Part shown: piece by piece, positions 11,183-23,139 of the stretch | Layout: each line of letters starts with the position of its first letter | How positions within the stretch are numbered: the first letter of the stretch is position 1 | From: Callorhinchus milii | Lineage: Eukaryota | Direction: 5' to 3' | NCBI RefSeq assembly: GCF_018977255.1 | Contig: NW_024704742.1 | Span: forward strand, 49,292,001-49,356,000 | DNA: 64,000 bases | Notes under the pieces: model-generated | What the model was told of the DNA's origin: nothing | What the model saw: only the letters and a program-made list of their open reading frames with translations | Database searches by the model: none | Position numbers and translations under genes: made by a program

Positions 11183-14100
11183 CATTTTCAATATAAACAG
11201 TTTGCCAATCCAATTGATTTTGTTGAAGGATTTAATCAACTCAGCTTCTACCAACTCCTACCAGGTATTAATCTTGAAGAAACAAATGCAAGATTAACCT
11301 CTTTTCGCAGGAGTCTGCTTTAAATTTCTATTGTGGGAGCACAAGAGACACTGTACATTCCTAGTCTTGCTTGAGGCCGCTTTTATTTATATTGATGTGG
11401 TTTAGTTCTGAGATCACAGGACATGTTAAATAGTTGTCTTACAGCGAGATGATCTCTGGTTCTTAGTACTTAAGTAAAAAAAGTTTCTCCCACCCCCACT
11501 CTTGCTCTCAAATCTTTTGCTAATAATAAGTTAAATTACCCATGGATGAAGTAGATAACTATCAAGCAAGATGATTACACTAGCTGAGTGCAACATCAAC
11601 ATTTTGGGCAGGTTAAAATATCATCTACAACAATTTGCATTTATATAGCACCCTTCAAAAAGGGTAGCATCTTGGAACGCTTGTAGTACAAATCTAAGTG
11701 CACTGACTGATATGTAGTGTTCAACATTATGCCCCAAGTATTCAGTGGAAAGCAAACTCCATTTCAAGCACTAAGTCATGCTTCCAACGTGAAAGGCACT
11801 GTACAAATATAAACGTAACATTCCTAACTTCAGTCAGAATGTCAATCTTTGGAATGGTAATAAAAGGACAGTCTTGTGCACACATGGAGATTGATCCAAA
11901 GGCAGTTGAAGTCTGTATGAGCATTGATTAGACTGAGAAACTTGTTGGAATTCTTAACCCTCCAGTAGTTTAATTAATACTATATTAGACTTCATTACAC
12001 TGTGTGCTGTTCAGTAGACCAGATCAGAAAAATGCTTTTATTGCCTACACTGTTCTTCACAGTCTACCTTTCTTTCCTACGTCTTAAATAACCATAAAAA
12101 GAAAAACATTGCTCAGCATCAGTTGTCCAAATAGCCCCTCTGTGAGGATCAGCTACTCCTTTGTCCACTATCTGTAGCTTACAGTCAATACAGAGTGATC
12201 TTATAACAATTATAATTCTGGCATTTGATCCAACGTGTTATCACTGCCAAAATGCCTCGAATCGCTTCACAAAATTTACTGTAGAGTCTAGTGACTATAT
12301 TTTCTAAGTGAATGCAGCAGCTAATTTGTGGGCAGCATTGTCCCACATCTAGCCACAAAGTGAATAACCATTTTTTTCTGGAGGATTGTTGGCCAGGACA
12401 TCCTTCTCTTTTCAAATAGTGCCATGGGATCTTTAACGTCCACAGGATCTAACTATTCTCAACAATATAACTTCCGTTTGTCAGTCCAATTATGGTTGAA
12501 TACATTTAACACACAACTTATTTGGATATGAACCAAAAGCCTGGATAAAATAAAATCCCCACAGCTGCTCATAGAAAATTGAAATAAAATCCCTCCAGCT
12601 GCTAAGAACCAGAAATTAGTCCCTGGGAGGGTGAAATAAATTTCTTTGAATGTACCAGAAACATTGCTGGTAGTGAACCAAACCAGGCTTGGGATGACAG
12701 CTGCTGGAAGCAGATATGAATACACACTCCAGGGCTTACAATCCACTTTGACTGATATGCAAAGGTACACTTCCAACTGGTGGAACCATCGCTCAATGGG
12801 TAAAGTTCTACATCCTAGCTGTGGGCAGAGGAATGATGGCAATGTTCTCACACATTTCATGCTGGGTTGTGCTGCTGACTAAGGGGCTTACAAGTCATCA
12901 GGTTGCTGCCATCGTCACTTTCTGTGCACTTTGTTGCCCACCAAATCCTTTCAGAAATTGGGTAAGTCATGTGTATCTCCCCAGGGAAAGGTTCATATTC
13001 TACTCAAGACATTGCAACCCTCCATTTGTAGGGAGCATACATATGGTTAACTCTCAGTCTGGCTTGTACATTTCCAAGCATGGTGGTGGGTTCCCACAAT
13101 TGAGACACCCAGCTGACAAATAAAAGTGAATCAAATATTAATATCTAGTGGTACATCCAGTACTTGAAGGATATTACAACAGAAAGTACTGCCCTCAAGA
13201 CTGACCTTGTCTGATAAAGCTTTTGATAAGTTTAATTATTTTCAGTAAAAGATAAAGATCAACTCAGTAAATTGAAGAATAGTAATTAATCTTTGGGAGA
13301 TTTTTTATTTAAAAAAAGTCATTACATTAGGTTACGACTGGATTGGCATCAGATTAAAAGATGGTAAATTCAAAATGGAACACTCAAGTTACTAAACATA
13401 TGAATTCTAGGTGAAACTATACTAGAAAAAGTAATTCAAATAAAATGTATTCAATATCCTTTAATAGTTTGCCAACTGAGGATTGTGCGATCCAGATGCA
13501 TTTCACAAATTGGTCATGGTTTAGATTTGTAACCTGTTTTCTCTGCCCCTAAAGACTATTTGTCACAACAGCTGTGGGTGGAATAGATGGGATAGAATAT
13601 TTAGGTCCTCCTAGGGCTGTGTAGGAAATTTATGTTGTTGGCTTCACGGAAGGGAAACGTTTGTTCAAGAAGGGAAGCTTAATAATAAATTTGCACTGAT
13701 AGTGTATTGTAGGCAATTCTCAAAGTGGTTGAGAAATGCAGTGGAGAGCACTAATCAGGGAATAGGCAGATGTAAAGATGCTGACCAAATGCATGGTTGA
13801 AGAGACATTGATAGAAGAGTTATGAAGGCAGGGACAGAGGTATTTAGAGGAGACTCAAAGGACAGTGGATGAAGATTTGGCCACCGACAGTTGAATGGAA
13901 GGAGTGGTGAGTAAACAATAAAGCAGAAACAAACAAACTGAGGATGAGTGCAAGAGAAGAATGTTTAGGTAGGGAGGAGCAAGCTTGTGGAGGCCAGGAC
14001 TCAGTTCTCAGATACTGGATGCTCCTTAAACTAGGATGGGGTTAATGGGTGCGTGGAGATTTATGCAGGAGAGAATTAGGGCTATGGTTATGATCTAGAA

Positions 14101-15199
14101 GTCAGAGCTTGGTTTGGCCAGAGAGCAAGGCAGACAGAGAGGGATAGCACAGTTACATAAAGTTAAGTTGTATCTTGCAGCAAATGGTTGAGGTAGTTTT
14201 TGAAAATACTTGCATTTAAATGTCGTCAGAATGTCTCAAAATACTTCACCAGAATTATTGCAAAGTATCGGTATAGGAAGCAAGATTCTGAAATTCATCA
14301 TGCAACAGGTGAAATGCATATTTTACTATATGCTACAAAAGCATTCAACATCAAAAAGTGGTGAAAAAATATCCAAAGACAGGAAAAATAGGTTTCATAA
14401 GCATTTAAAAACAAATATGGCACCTCCTATACTTTTTGTGAAAAACAGCGTGCTGCAGCTTGGTCAATAGTATGAGGCGTTTTTTCTGCACATCAAACAA
14501 ATTGAGCTATTTCTCTGCAGAATTAGAAACCAAGAATGATCAGTCTTCCAAAAGAGTACAAATTCCAGGGGAGAAAGACTACAGGACCAGGAATTAGAAC
14601 ACAACTGTGAGATTCTGATTTTCAGTCTAAAAATATTTGCTAATACATAATGTACCTTATGGAGATACCACAAGTTAAATCAAGTGGCTGCTTCAAGCAT
14701 TCTGGGTTTCATCATGAGAAACATTTCAGCTGTTATAATAGTAGTGGTGTATTTTACGATTGTAAACAAAAAGCATATTTTCCGTTCTACACTGGTTACA
14801 GTAATGTCTACAGGAGGCATTCATTTTCCATATGATTTGAGCTTGAACAGAGGATTCAATCAGGTTTTTCATGGCTATTACTCAATGCTGCGTTTGTCAC
14901 TCTAAGGTCACTAGACTTTACAGTAAATCTTAGGAAGTTCCTTGAGGCCAACATGAAAGGTGTTTAACAAATACTTGTATTATTATTATAGTCAAACACT
15001 CATGCACGAGAACAAAATCTATAATTTTTCCCACCAAAAAATCAATGCAGAACAATTTCTGTCCAGATGACATCCAGTCAGGTGATCCTAAGCCTAAGCA
15101 CAGCTATTTTATTTTGCATTTGATCACAGGAGGTATTTTCCCTCTTGTTTACAGCTACTCCTGCTCAAAAATGTAGAGCAACAACCCAGTTATTCTCTT

Positions 15200-15295
15200 C
15201 TGTGTACGTGTGTGTGAGGTGTGTCTGTGAGGTATGTGTGTGTGTGAGATCTGTGTGTGTTTGTGTGAGGTGTGTATGTGTGAAGTGTGTGTGAG
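15200..15295. repeat. Imperfect (TG)n microsatellite
   Basis: Directly visible. Confidence 0.85.
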
Positions 15296-15955
15296 GGTTT
15301 AAGGGAACTACCAATGAGTTATACAGCTTTAATCAAACACATGTCTTATGTTATTGGGTATTTTATGAGAAACTTGTAAAACAATATCACAAAAATGCTC
15401 CCAATAATTAAAGTCAAGAAAAATGGAATAAGCACATGTATTCTATAACATGTTATCATATTCCCAATTCTTTTTATTACAATATATAAATAAAAGCAGG
15501 AAAGAGCTAAGGCTCTCTGGAATACCCATTTATAACCATTCATATATGTGAACTTATGTTTATGTCCCTCTGATAGAGCTGACATTTTCAAGTTCTGAGC
15601 TATTCTTCAAAAACAACTCAATTGATTTTTGGATCCTCTAGCAGCATGCTCAGAAAGCATTCACTAACAAACCAAACACCTAAAGAGACAAAGCTATCCT
15701 TCTAGGGTAATTTATTATATAAAAGCTCAATTCACCATATGCAATAAATTGTGGGTTCTGCAGGTCCCTACACCTTTCCCAAATGGTATTAAGATTGCTC
15801 CAGCATTAGCAATAAAGAGCTTTAAGAAATTTACAAAAGTCAATGTAGGTGTATTGCTTTAATGATATTTTGAAACAGAGCCCAGATTCAACCTTGGAAA
15901 CTTCAACTGTGGCTCGTACATGCGGAACTCTTGATCTGATTTGGATACTCGAAGG

Positions 15956-16051
15956 TAGTGGTGGCCAAATTTTATGGATAACCCAAAAAATAAATGTTCT
16001 TAATTGAATACTTCTTGACTGATATATCTTCTGGCCCACGGGCCACCACTG
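15956..16051. mobile_element. hAT/Charlie-like MITE relic
   Basis: TIR-like TAGTGGTGGCC...GGCCACCACTG flanked by near-duplicated 8-mers CTCGAAGG and CTCTAAAG. Confidence 0.6.
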
Positions 16052-16514
16052 CTCTAAAGCACGTCGATAAGTTTCTGCATGGGTCAGAAGCCCGGCCTGA
16101 ACAGTGTGAGACACACCAATCAAACAATGAAAACAAGTCATAGAATTTCCTCCGAAAGATTTACTTATAAGCACGTCATACTCTTTTTCAGCAAAGGCAA
16201 CACCAAAAATACCACATAAACAGCATAAATCTCAAACATAAGCAAATATTAGCAGTATAAAGCAAAGCCACACATTAGTAAAGATTTGACACTTGCTTTT
16301 CCTCAACCAATTTCTGAAAATTCTGTGAAAACGATTATGCAACTGTGAAAATGCAGATTCACAGATTTATGTTGATTCAAACACTGAAAAGAGTTTTGCG
16401 AATGTTTTTACTCGGGCGAGTGCTATTTTAGATGACTATTTCAATGGAATATTCAAAAGCCTGACCAGAGAAATTTTTTACCGCCTACATATAATGCATT
16501 TATACTTGGACATG

Positions 16515-17612
16515 TGGACCACTCTATCCTCCTCCACCGCCTCTCCTCTTACTTTAACCTTCAAGGTGCTGTCCTTGAATGGCTCAGATCTTATCTCTCA
16601 CATCGGCTCCACTTTGATTCCACAAATGGCTTCTCCTCCATCCCCCGCACCATCTTGTGCAGTATTCCTCAGGGCTCTGCCCTCGGTCCCCTCCTCTTCA
16701 ACCTCTATATGCTCCCTCTTGGTGACTTCATCCGCAGACATGGGGTCAACTTCCACATGTACGCAGATGACACCCAACTCATATCTTTCTGCCTCCACCC
16801 TCGACTCCAGGACCACTGCTGTGCTGACGGAATGTCTGTCAGACATCGAGTCCTGAATGAGAGTTAACTTTCTTCAGCTGAACATCAACAAGACCGAGGC
16901 TCTCCTGATTGGTTCACGTCAGCGCCTCCTCACCTCAGGCACTGACAGCATCAGCATCCATGGATGCACACTCCACCTCACTGAGCCAGTCAGGAACCTT
17001 GGCATCTTGTTTGACCCTCAACTATCCTTTCTCCCCCACATCCATGCCATGACCCACTGTGCCTTCCTCCACCTCCGCAACATTGCCCAACTCCACCACT
17101 GTCTCACCACTGTCTCACGCCCTACTTGTTGGCCTTCCCAACTCTTCCCTCCACAAGCTGCAGATCATGCAGAACTCTGCAGTTCGCGTCCTCTTCCCCC
17201 ACCAGCCTCCATGACCCCATCACGCCCACCCTCAACTGGCTCCATTGACTCCCCATCTCTCAAGAGGATCGAGTTCAAAATTTTCATCTCACCTTCAAGG
17301 CCCTCCGTGGCCTTGCCCCATCCTACCTCTCTGCTAACCCCTTATCAACCTGTCCGCCCCCTCCGCTCAGCAGGCTCTCTGCCCCCACCCTCTGGAACTC
17401 CATCCCACCTTCCCTTCGCCTCGCTCCTTCCCTTGCCTCCTTCAAGGCACACCTCAAGACCCTCCTATTAAACCATGCCTTCAGACACCCTCCTACCCTC
17501 TCTGTACCCTCCACCCTCCCTGATCTCAAACACCCCCAGCTCGGGGCCTAATCCCTGACTGTTCAGCGACTTGGGACGTCCTCCCGATGTGACAGGTGCC
17601 TTATAAATGTAA
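16515..17612 (+). mobile_element. L2-clade LINE RT-to-3'-end fragment (decayed)
   Basis: DHSILLHRL...PQGSALGPLLFNLY...HMYADDTQL...NFLQLNINKTE, then 3' tail. Confidence 0.94.
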
Positions 17613-19979
17613 TTATGTATTGTTTATATAGCCATGCAAACATTATCTGTACGCAAATTATCAGCAAGAGTTATCTGAAACATATGCTTTCTGCTGAAGC
17701 TGAAGTGGCTGTGAGCTACACTGAGACCCTTCGTGAGCCACATGTGGCTGTGTGGTTCAACAAGGCTGATCTTGGGGATTATTGGTCAGGATACCAGGAG
17801 AAACTCCTTTCTCTTTTTGAATAGTGTGATGGAATCTTTAATGTCAACCTGACATACGTAACTAGGTTTGTATCCTCTACAATGCAACCTCCATTTATCA
17901 GTGTAATTGTGGCCAATATGTTTAATACAGCTTATATGGATAGGATCCAAAGGCCCATAGAAAATAACAAAATCCCCCCAGTTGCTCACACAAAACTGAC
18001 ACCAAAGTCTGAGACAGGTACAAAGCAGAATGGGAAGATATTCAGAATTCTCACTCGAGATCACTACCCCACCGAAAACGTTAGTATAAAAGTAGCAAAA
18101 AAAATTCAACGCTTTGAAAAATTCAAGTAAGACTATATCCACTGGCTTAGTTATCTCCCCAAACAACTTCAGTATATTCATGAACCACTGCTTATAAATT
18201 GTTACTGACTACACCATTCTTGTCACTCAGCAGCTGTAGTACCCTACATTGTATTTAAGAACCACCACTGCAGATTAGTCTTAAATCATCTATAATTTGT
18301 AAACTCACAACTCACTCCATTAACATTTGGATTCCTCATTTTAGATGTATTTCCAGTGTGTTTATAAAGATATAAAAAGTATTAAGCAAAGCCTGAATGA
18401 GCAGATCTGGAAACTAACCAAGCTTAACTTAACAAACAGAGGTAAAAAACAAACATCTGTAATATCACCTTATAATTTATCCCCTAAACAATCTATCTGC
18501 TTTTAGACAAATGTATCTTCTATTAACAACTGAAGATGTATCTATATTTAGTTTACCAACATTTTTTTGAATTGCTCTCTCACTTCCTCTAATAATCCCT
18601 TCAATTTAACGGCTTTCAAGAATTTGATCTCAACGTTCTTTAATACGATTCCTGTTCCTCATTATTTTTGTTTTCTTGCATTTATTGTAGGTTTGGTTTG
18701 ACTTCTTTATCCATTCAGTTGTTGTCTTCCTTAGCGGGTGGCTCCACGGAATGTCACAATGGATAGTCAACCCTCAGTAGCGGCCTTGTTAGTCCGGTTC
18801 CTGAGCCAGAAGGGCCTACGGTACTCCAGGGCACTACTGATAACAGTCCAGCCAGTCTGATTCATTGTTAGGACTCGAAAGGGCAGCCCAGTCACTGGGA
18901 GCAGATTCTTCCTACTTGATTCCTGCTAAGCCTGCAAGCCAGAGCACTAACAGGTAGGTAGGGGGAAGGGTTCTAGCTGGACAAACAGTGGAAAGCGTGC
19001 TATGCAATTTCTCAATGGCACGCTATGCATTTTAGCTTGCTAAGCACAGCAGTACCCCAACTCGCACTCTGGGGGTCACCAAGCCTTGGCTCTTGCTATT
19101 GACAAGCATGTCACCTTGGAAACAGTTCAACTCCAAGGAGACCCTGCTTATCTACCCCAAAGAGGATAGAAACCAATTCTTCAAGGGATATCTAGTGCTT
19201 TACAATTCCACGTATCTCAATGGTCCCACGTGTATAATATATATTTTATATATATATATATATGGAATGGGGGAGGGTCTCTGAAGCCCTGTCTGTTTTG
19301 GACACTACTTGCACCCTCAGTATTTGCCCGGGTCTTTCTTTTAATAACATTTTATTTTTTTGAAACGTCTGTGTTTTCCATTGATCACAGCAGCTTCTGC
19401 TGCGTCTACTCTTGTATCCTTCACTCCTGTTCAACAAATATTTATCCAGTTTTATTCTAAAGGTGAATTAACAAGAATCGCTAAGAATCTGTTCCACACA
19501 TCTATCATTCTGCTGAGTGTGGAGATTTAATTCTAACCTTAAACCCTACTTCACAATTTGAGAATTTTTCAGGTGTTTATTTGTCTATGTTGAAGAATTG
19601 TGTGCAACTGGCTGCCGCATTTCACCCACAAAATATGCAGTCAATTCCTTTTACAATATATTCTGTGAAGCGCTTAGATGTGTCAGAATGCTCATCACGG
19701 TCCTCTGAATCCCTTCGAATGCACTCATATAAGCCAGGGTGCCAAACACTCTTAATAATCCAAACATGATCTCACCAATGATCTTTATAAATGTTACAAT
19801 TTAGTAGGTTTAATAAGGATTAATAGCACTTATGTCACAAATATCCTTGCCTTAATGTCACCAGCCAATTCAGTACTTGTGTATTTCAATTCACTTTACA
19901 GTATATTCTGTGAAGCGCTTTGAGAAGTCTCAAAGACTTGATAAGGCGTTATATCAAATGTAAGGATTATTATTATTTG

Positions 19980-20131
19980 TTATATGTAAGTCGTATAAAA
20001 TCCAACTTATACATAACTTTACTTAAGTCACCTAGGATACAACTTATACAAGTTTCACATAACTCATATTTTACATAAATCATATTAACTGTATGGTCCC
20101 AACTGATACGACTTATGTTAGGTTTACTGTA
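19980..20131. mobile_element. Tigger/pogo-like DNA transposon relic (right end)
   Basis: Ends GGTCCC...CGACTTATGTTAGGTTTACTGTA, whose reverse complement TACAGTAAACCT..ATAAGTCG is a Tigger-type TIR with TA. Confidence 0.5.
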
Positions 20132-20989
20132 GAGTTAGAGCTATAGAATCCTACACTGTCTGATTTTTAGATTGTCCGTAAACTTCTTGGAAGCTGGAGT
20201 GTTAGAAATTCACATGGTATTTAGTCTGAATTGCCAGGTGCGAAGCAGTGGGGGATAGAAGAGTGGGTGAGAGAGAATTTGAAACTGTACTATAAGGCTA
20301 TAATTTGTTTTTGACCTACAATCAAAGTGGATATCAGGACTGATGAGTCTCATCGACAACAGTTTTCCATTGTTGATTACTAAATAATTACCTGCTTGCG
20401 TCAGGACACCTTTGACTTTGCAACATTTCAATGTGGTCGAATACGTATTGCATTATATTATAAACTCTTATACTATTCCTGAGTACATAAGGTAACATTC
20501 CCTTTGATTCCATCACAGCCCTAATGCTTGTCACACAGCTTAATATCATCAATACATTTTATAAAGTAGAGCAAGGTGCTTTTCCACACATAGAACATGA
20601 ACAAAGAATAACACAACGGATTCCATAGCACTCCACTCATCACTGATCCCAGAACATGGTAACATGGTCCATTTAAGGCTGTCACGGGTGGCACTTTGCA
20701 AGGCAATTTTCAATACAGATAGGTCATTTTAGAAATCTTTCACATATAAACTTTAAGCTCTTTCTTACAGGAAGCTGCACCTAATTCTGTGGAGAAAGCC
20801 TACAAATAATTACAACCTCAAATAATTCCATTATAATTCCACCGCTTGACCGATTCCTTCTGAATCTATGTGAATAATCTTTCAAACTCAACTGGAGCTT
20901 TTTTTCCTTATCCAACAGGTGGTACTAATATGAACTCTTAACCATTTCTTCAGTTGCTGCTACAACATCTGACTATACCCTAGTTGGTA

Positions 20990-21365
20990 GAAGACCAAAG
21001 GGATCTGGGGATTCAGATTCACAAGACTCTAAAAGTAACAGCACAGGTAGACAAGGCCATAACAAAATAAGAATAGAATCCTTGGTTTTATATCCAGAGA
21101 AATAGAGTACAAAAATTAGGCAGTAACATTACATTTATATAAAACCTTTGTTAAATCACATTCTAACTTCCTTTAGTGTGCAATTCTGTTCCCTCTAATG
21201 CACAAAGGATATTATAGAAATAGAGAGTGCAGCGTAGATTTCCTAAGATGTTATTAGGGATTACGACTTCTATCAAGATTGAACTGGTTAGAGCTATTCC
21301 CTGTGAAATTGAAATGATTGAGAAGGGACGCAATAGATACGTTTAAAATTATGCAAGGATTCGTC
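20990..21365 (+). mobile_element. CR1-clade LINE RT C-terminal fragment
   Basis: Degenerate RDLGIQIH..LK...QVDKAI...ILGFISR.IEYK...LYKTFV...CVQF..P...ERVQRRF. Confidence 0.8.
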
Positions 21366-22032
21366 CACTTCCACATTGGAACTCAATGCAGATACATTGA
21401 TAATTAGCTTACAGATGATAAGACTTTCTACTGCGTGGAAGATATTGCAGGGTACAGTGGACATGCAATGAAAAACTTGATTCTAATCCCACAATTCAAT
21501 GTTGCTCTTTACTTAATCCTAAAATCATCAAGAAGACAGACAGCAAAATCTCCCGCCAAACAACAACTTCAGAAAGACAGCTACTGGGATTAAAGCACAC
21601 ATCTGTCCAATACCTGATGATTGAGAGGACTTAAGCAAATCGTTGTGCAAATCGGTAAAGACACACAAGACTTTATCCAGACAATTAGCAAACAGGGTTT
21701 GAGATGAAGCTCAAGTCAAATCTCCAGAATCATAATGGAGTAGGTTTAAACAAGACATCTTGAGAACGTTAACAAAATGTCTCTGTACAACCTGGTCACT
21801 GTGTTCAAGCTGTCCTTACTACACACACGGAAACATCCTATCCTTTTGGATTTCTCCCAACAAATCGTGATTCAGGTTCAGATTGTGTTGCACTATTTAT
21901 CTTCTGGAGAGTGAGACATCTTCATAAATCCATTTAAAATGCGACAAGCTGGAGCTCTCTACTCTAACTCCATTATATCCAGAAATCAGCCCCGTGTGCA
22001 TGTGTGTATTTTGTGCATTTTGCGATTCCCGA

Positions 22033-22528
22033 GGAGTCCTGTAGCTCAGTGGTTAGAGCACTCGTCTCACAAGCGAGAGACCTGGATTCAATTCCTAGCG
22101 AAACCTTAGGCATGTTTCTTCACTCCACACCCCTTATAATAATCCCTCAAGAAAAAAAAACACAATAATAAAATTGATCATTTCAATCCACGACTATTTT
22201 TTGGAAACTCCTGTGTACAATTGGCTGCCGCATTTCACCCACAGATATACAGTCAATTCACTTTAGAATCTGTTCCACACATCCATCATTTTGCTGAGTG
22301 GGAAGATTTGATTCTAATCGTAATCTTACTTTACAGCTTGAGAATTTCTCGGGTGTTCATTTGTCTATGTTGAAGAATTGTGCGCAATTGGCTGCCGTAT
22401 TTTGCCAACACAAATATACAGTCAATTCACTTTACAGTAATATAATAATAATAGTATATTCTATGAAGTGCTTTGAGACGTCTAGAAGACGTGAAAGGTG
22501 CTGTATCAAATGCAAGAATTATATTATT
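22033..22528 (+). mobile_element. tRNA-SINE with an internal inserted CR1-like/SINE chimeric segment
   Basis: Full head with A box TAGCTCAGTGG, B box GGATTCAATTCC and a CAC anticodon-like loop. The body is interrupted at ~22265 and restarts at ~22379. Confidence 0.85.
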
Positions 22529-23139
22529 TATCTTGTTCCCTCACCAACATCTAAATTAAGCAACAGCAATTGAATTACTTTCAGCTATCAAAATCAAAAG
22601 CTAATACAACCTGTAAAAGAAAAATATTAATAATCCTTGGATTTGATATAGCGCCTTTCATGTCGGCAGGACATCTCAAAGTGCAGGATTTACTGTGAAG
22701 TGTAGTGACTGAATATTTTGTGCAGAGATTAGGCTACTTCAGTTCAGTAGCATTTGTCAGCAATGTGCAAGAATGTTCACACTTGAACGATTTCTGGGAA
22801 ATTAAGTTCCATACCCAATTGTTGGTTCATACAGTAATAACTTCTGGGTGCTAGATATGATTTGATTTTGTATAGCTACAGAATTAAAATGCTCGGAAGT
22901 TTACAGCGCAGAAAGCCATTTAGCTCATTCAATTTGTACTGGTGCTAGCTCCCCCAGTGCAATCACATCAAATCCAAGGATTATTAATATTTTTCTTTTA
23001 CAGGTTGTATTAGCTTTTGATTTTGATAGCTGAAAGTAATTCAATTGCTGTTGCTTAATTTAGATGTTGGTGAGGGAACAAGATAAATAATATAATTCTT
23101 GCATTTGATACAGCACCTTTCACGTCTTCTAGACGTCTC
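22475..23139. repeat. Perfect inverted repeat: 173-bp arms (22475-22647 and 22967-23139), 319-bp spacer
   Basis: I read the arms base by base and found them to be exact reverse complements. Confidence 0.95.

Noticed and set aside
15806..16174. 122-aa ORF as an alternative ATP8A1 first exon
   Set aside because: It spans a hAT-like MITE, has only a weak phase-0 donor incompatible with phase-1 exon 2, and shows no recognisable homology.
18831..18900. Hammerhead ribozyme (CTGATAA..AGTCC/GGACT..CGAAA)
   Set aside because: The core deviates from CUGANGA, and stems I and III cannot form around a cleavage triplet.
20338..20365. Minimal hammerhead-like CTGATGAGTC..GAC
   Set aside because: It lacks the GAAA core and is explained by a short palindrome.
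20390..20450. Donor-like GCAG|gtaatt as an alternative first exon
   Set aside because: There is no in-frame ATG in the phase compatible with exon 2.
22033..22100. tRNA genes at the SINE heads (also 6981, 42648, 44767, 55833, 61713)
   Set aside because: Each continues into a SINE body and L2-type tail and lacks a clean acceptor stem.
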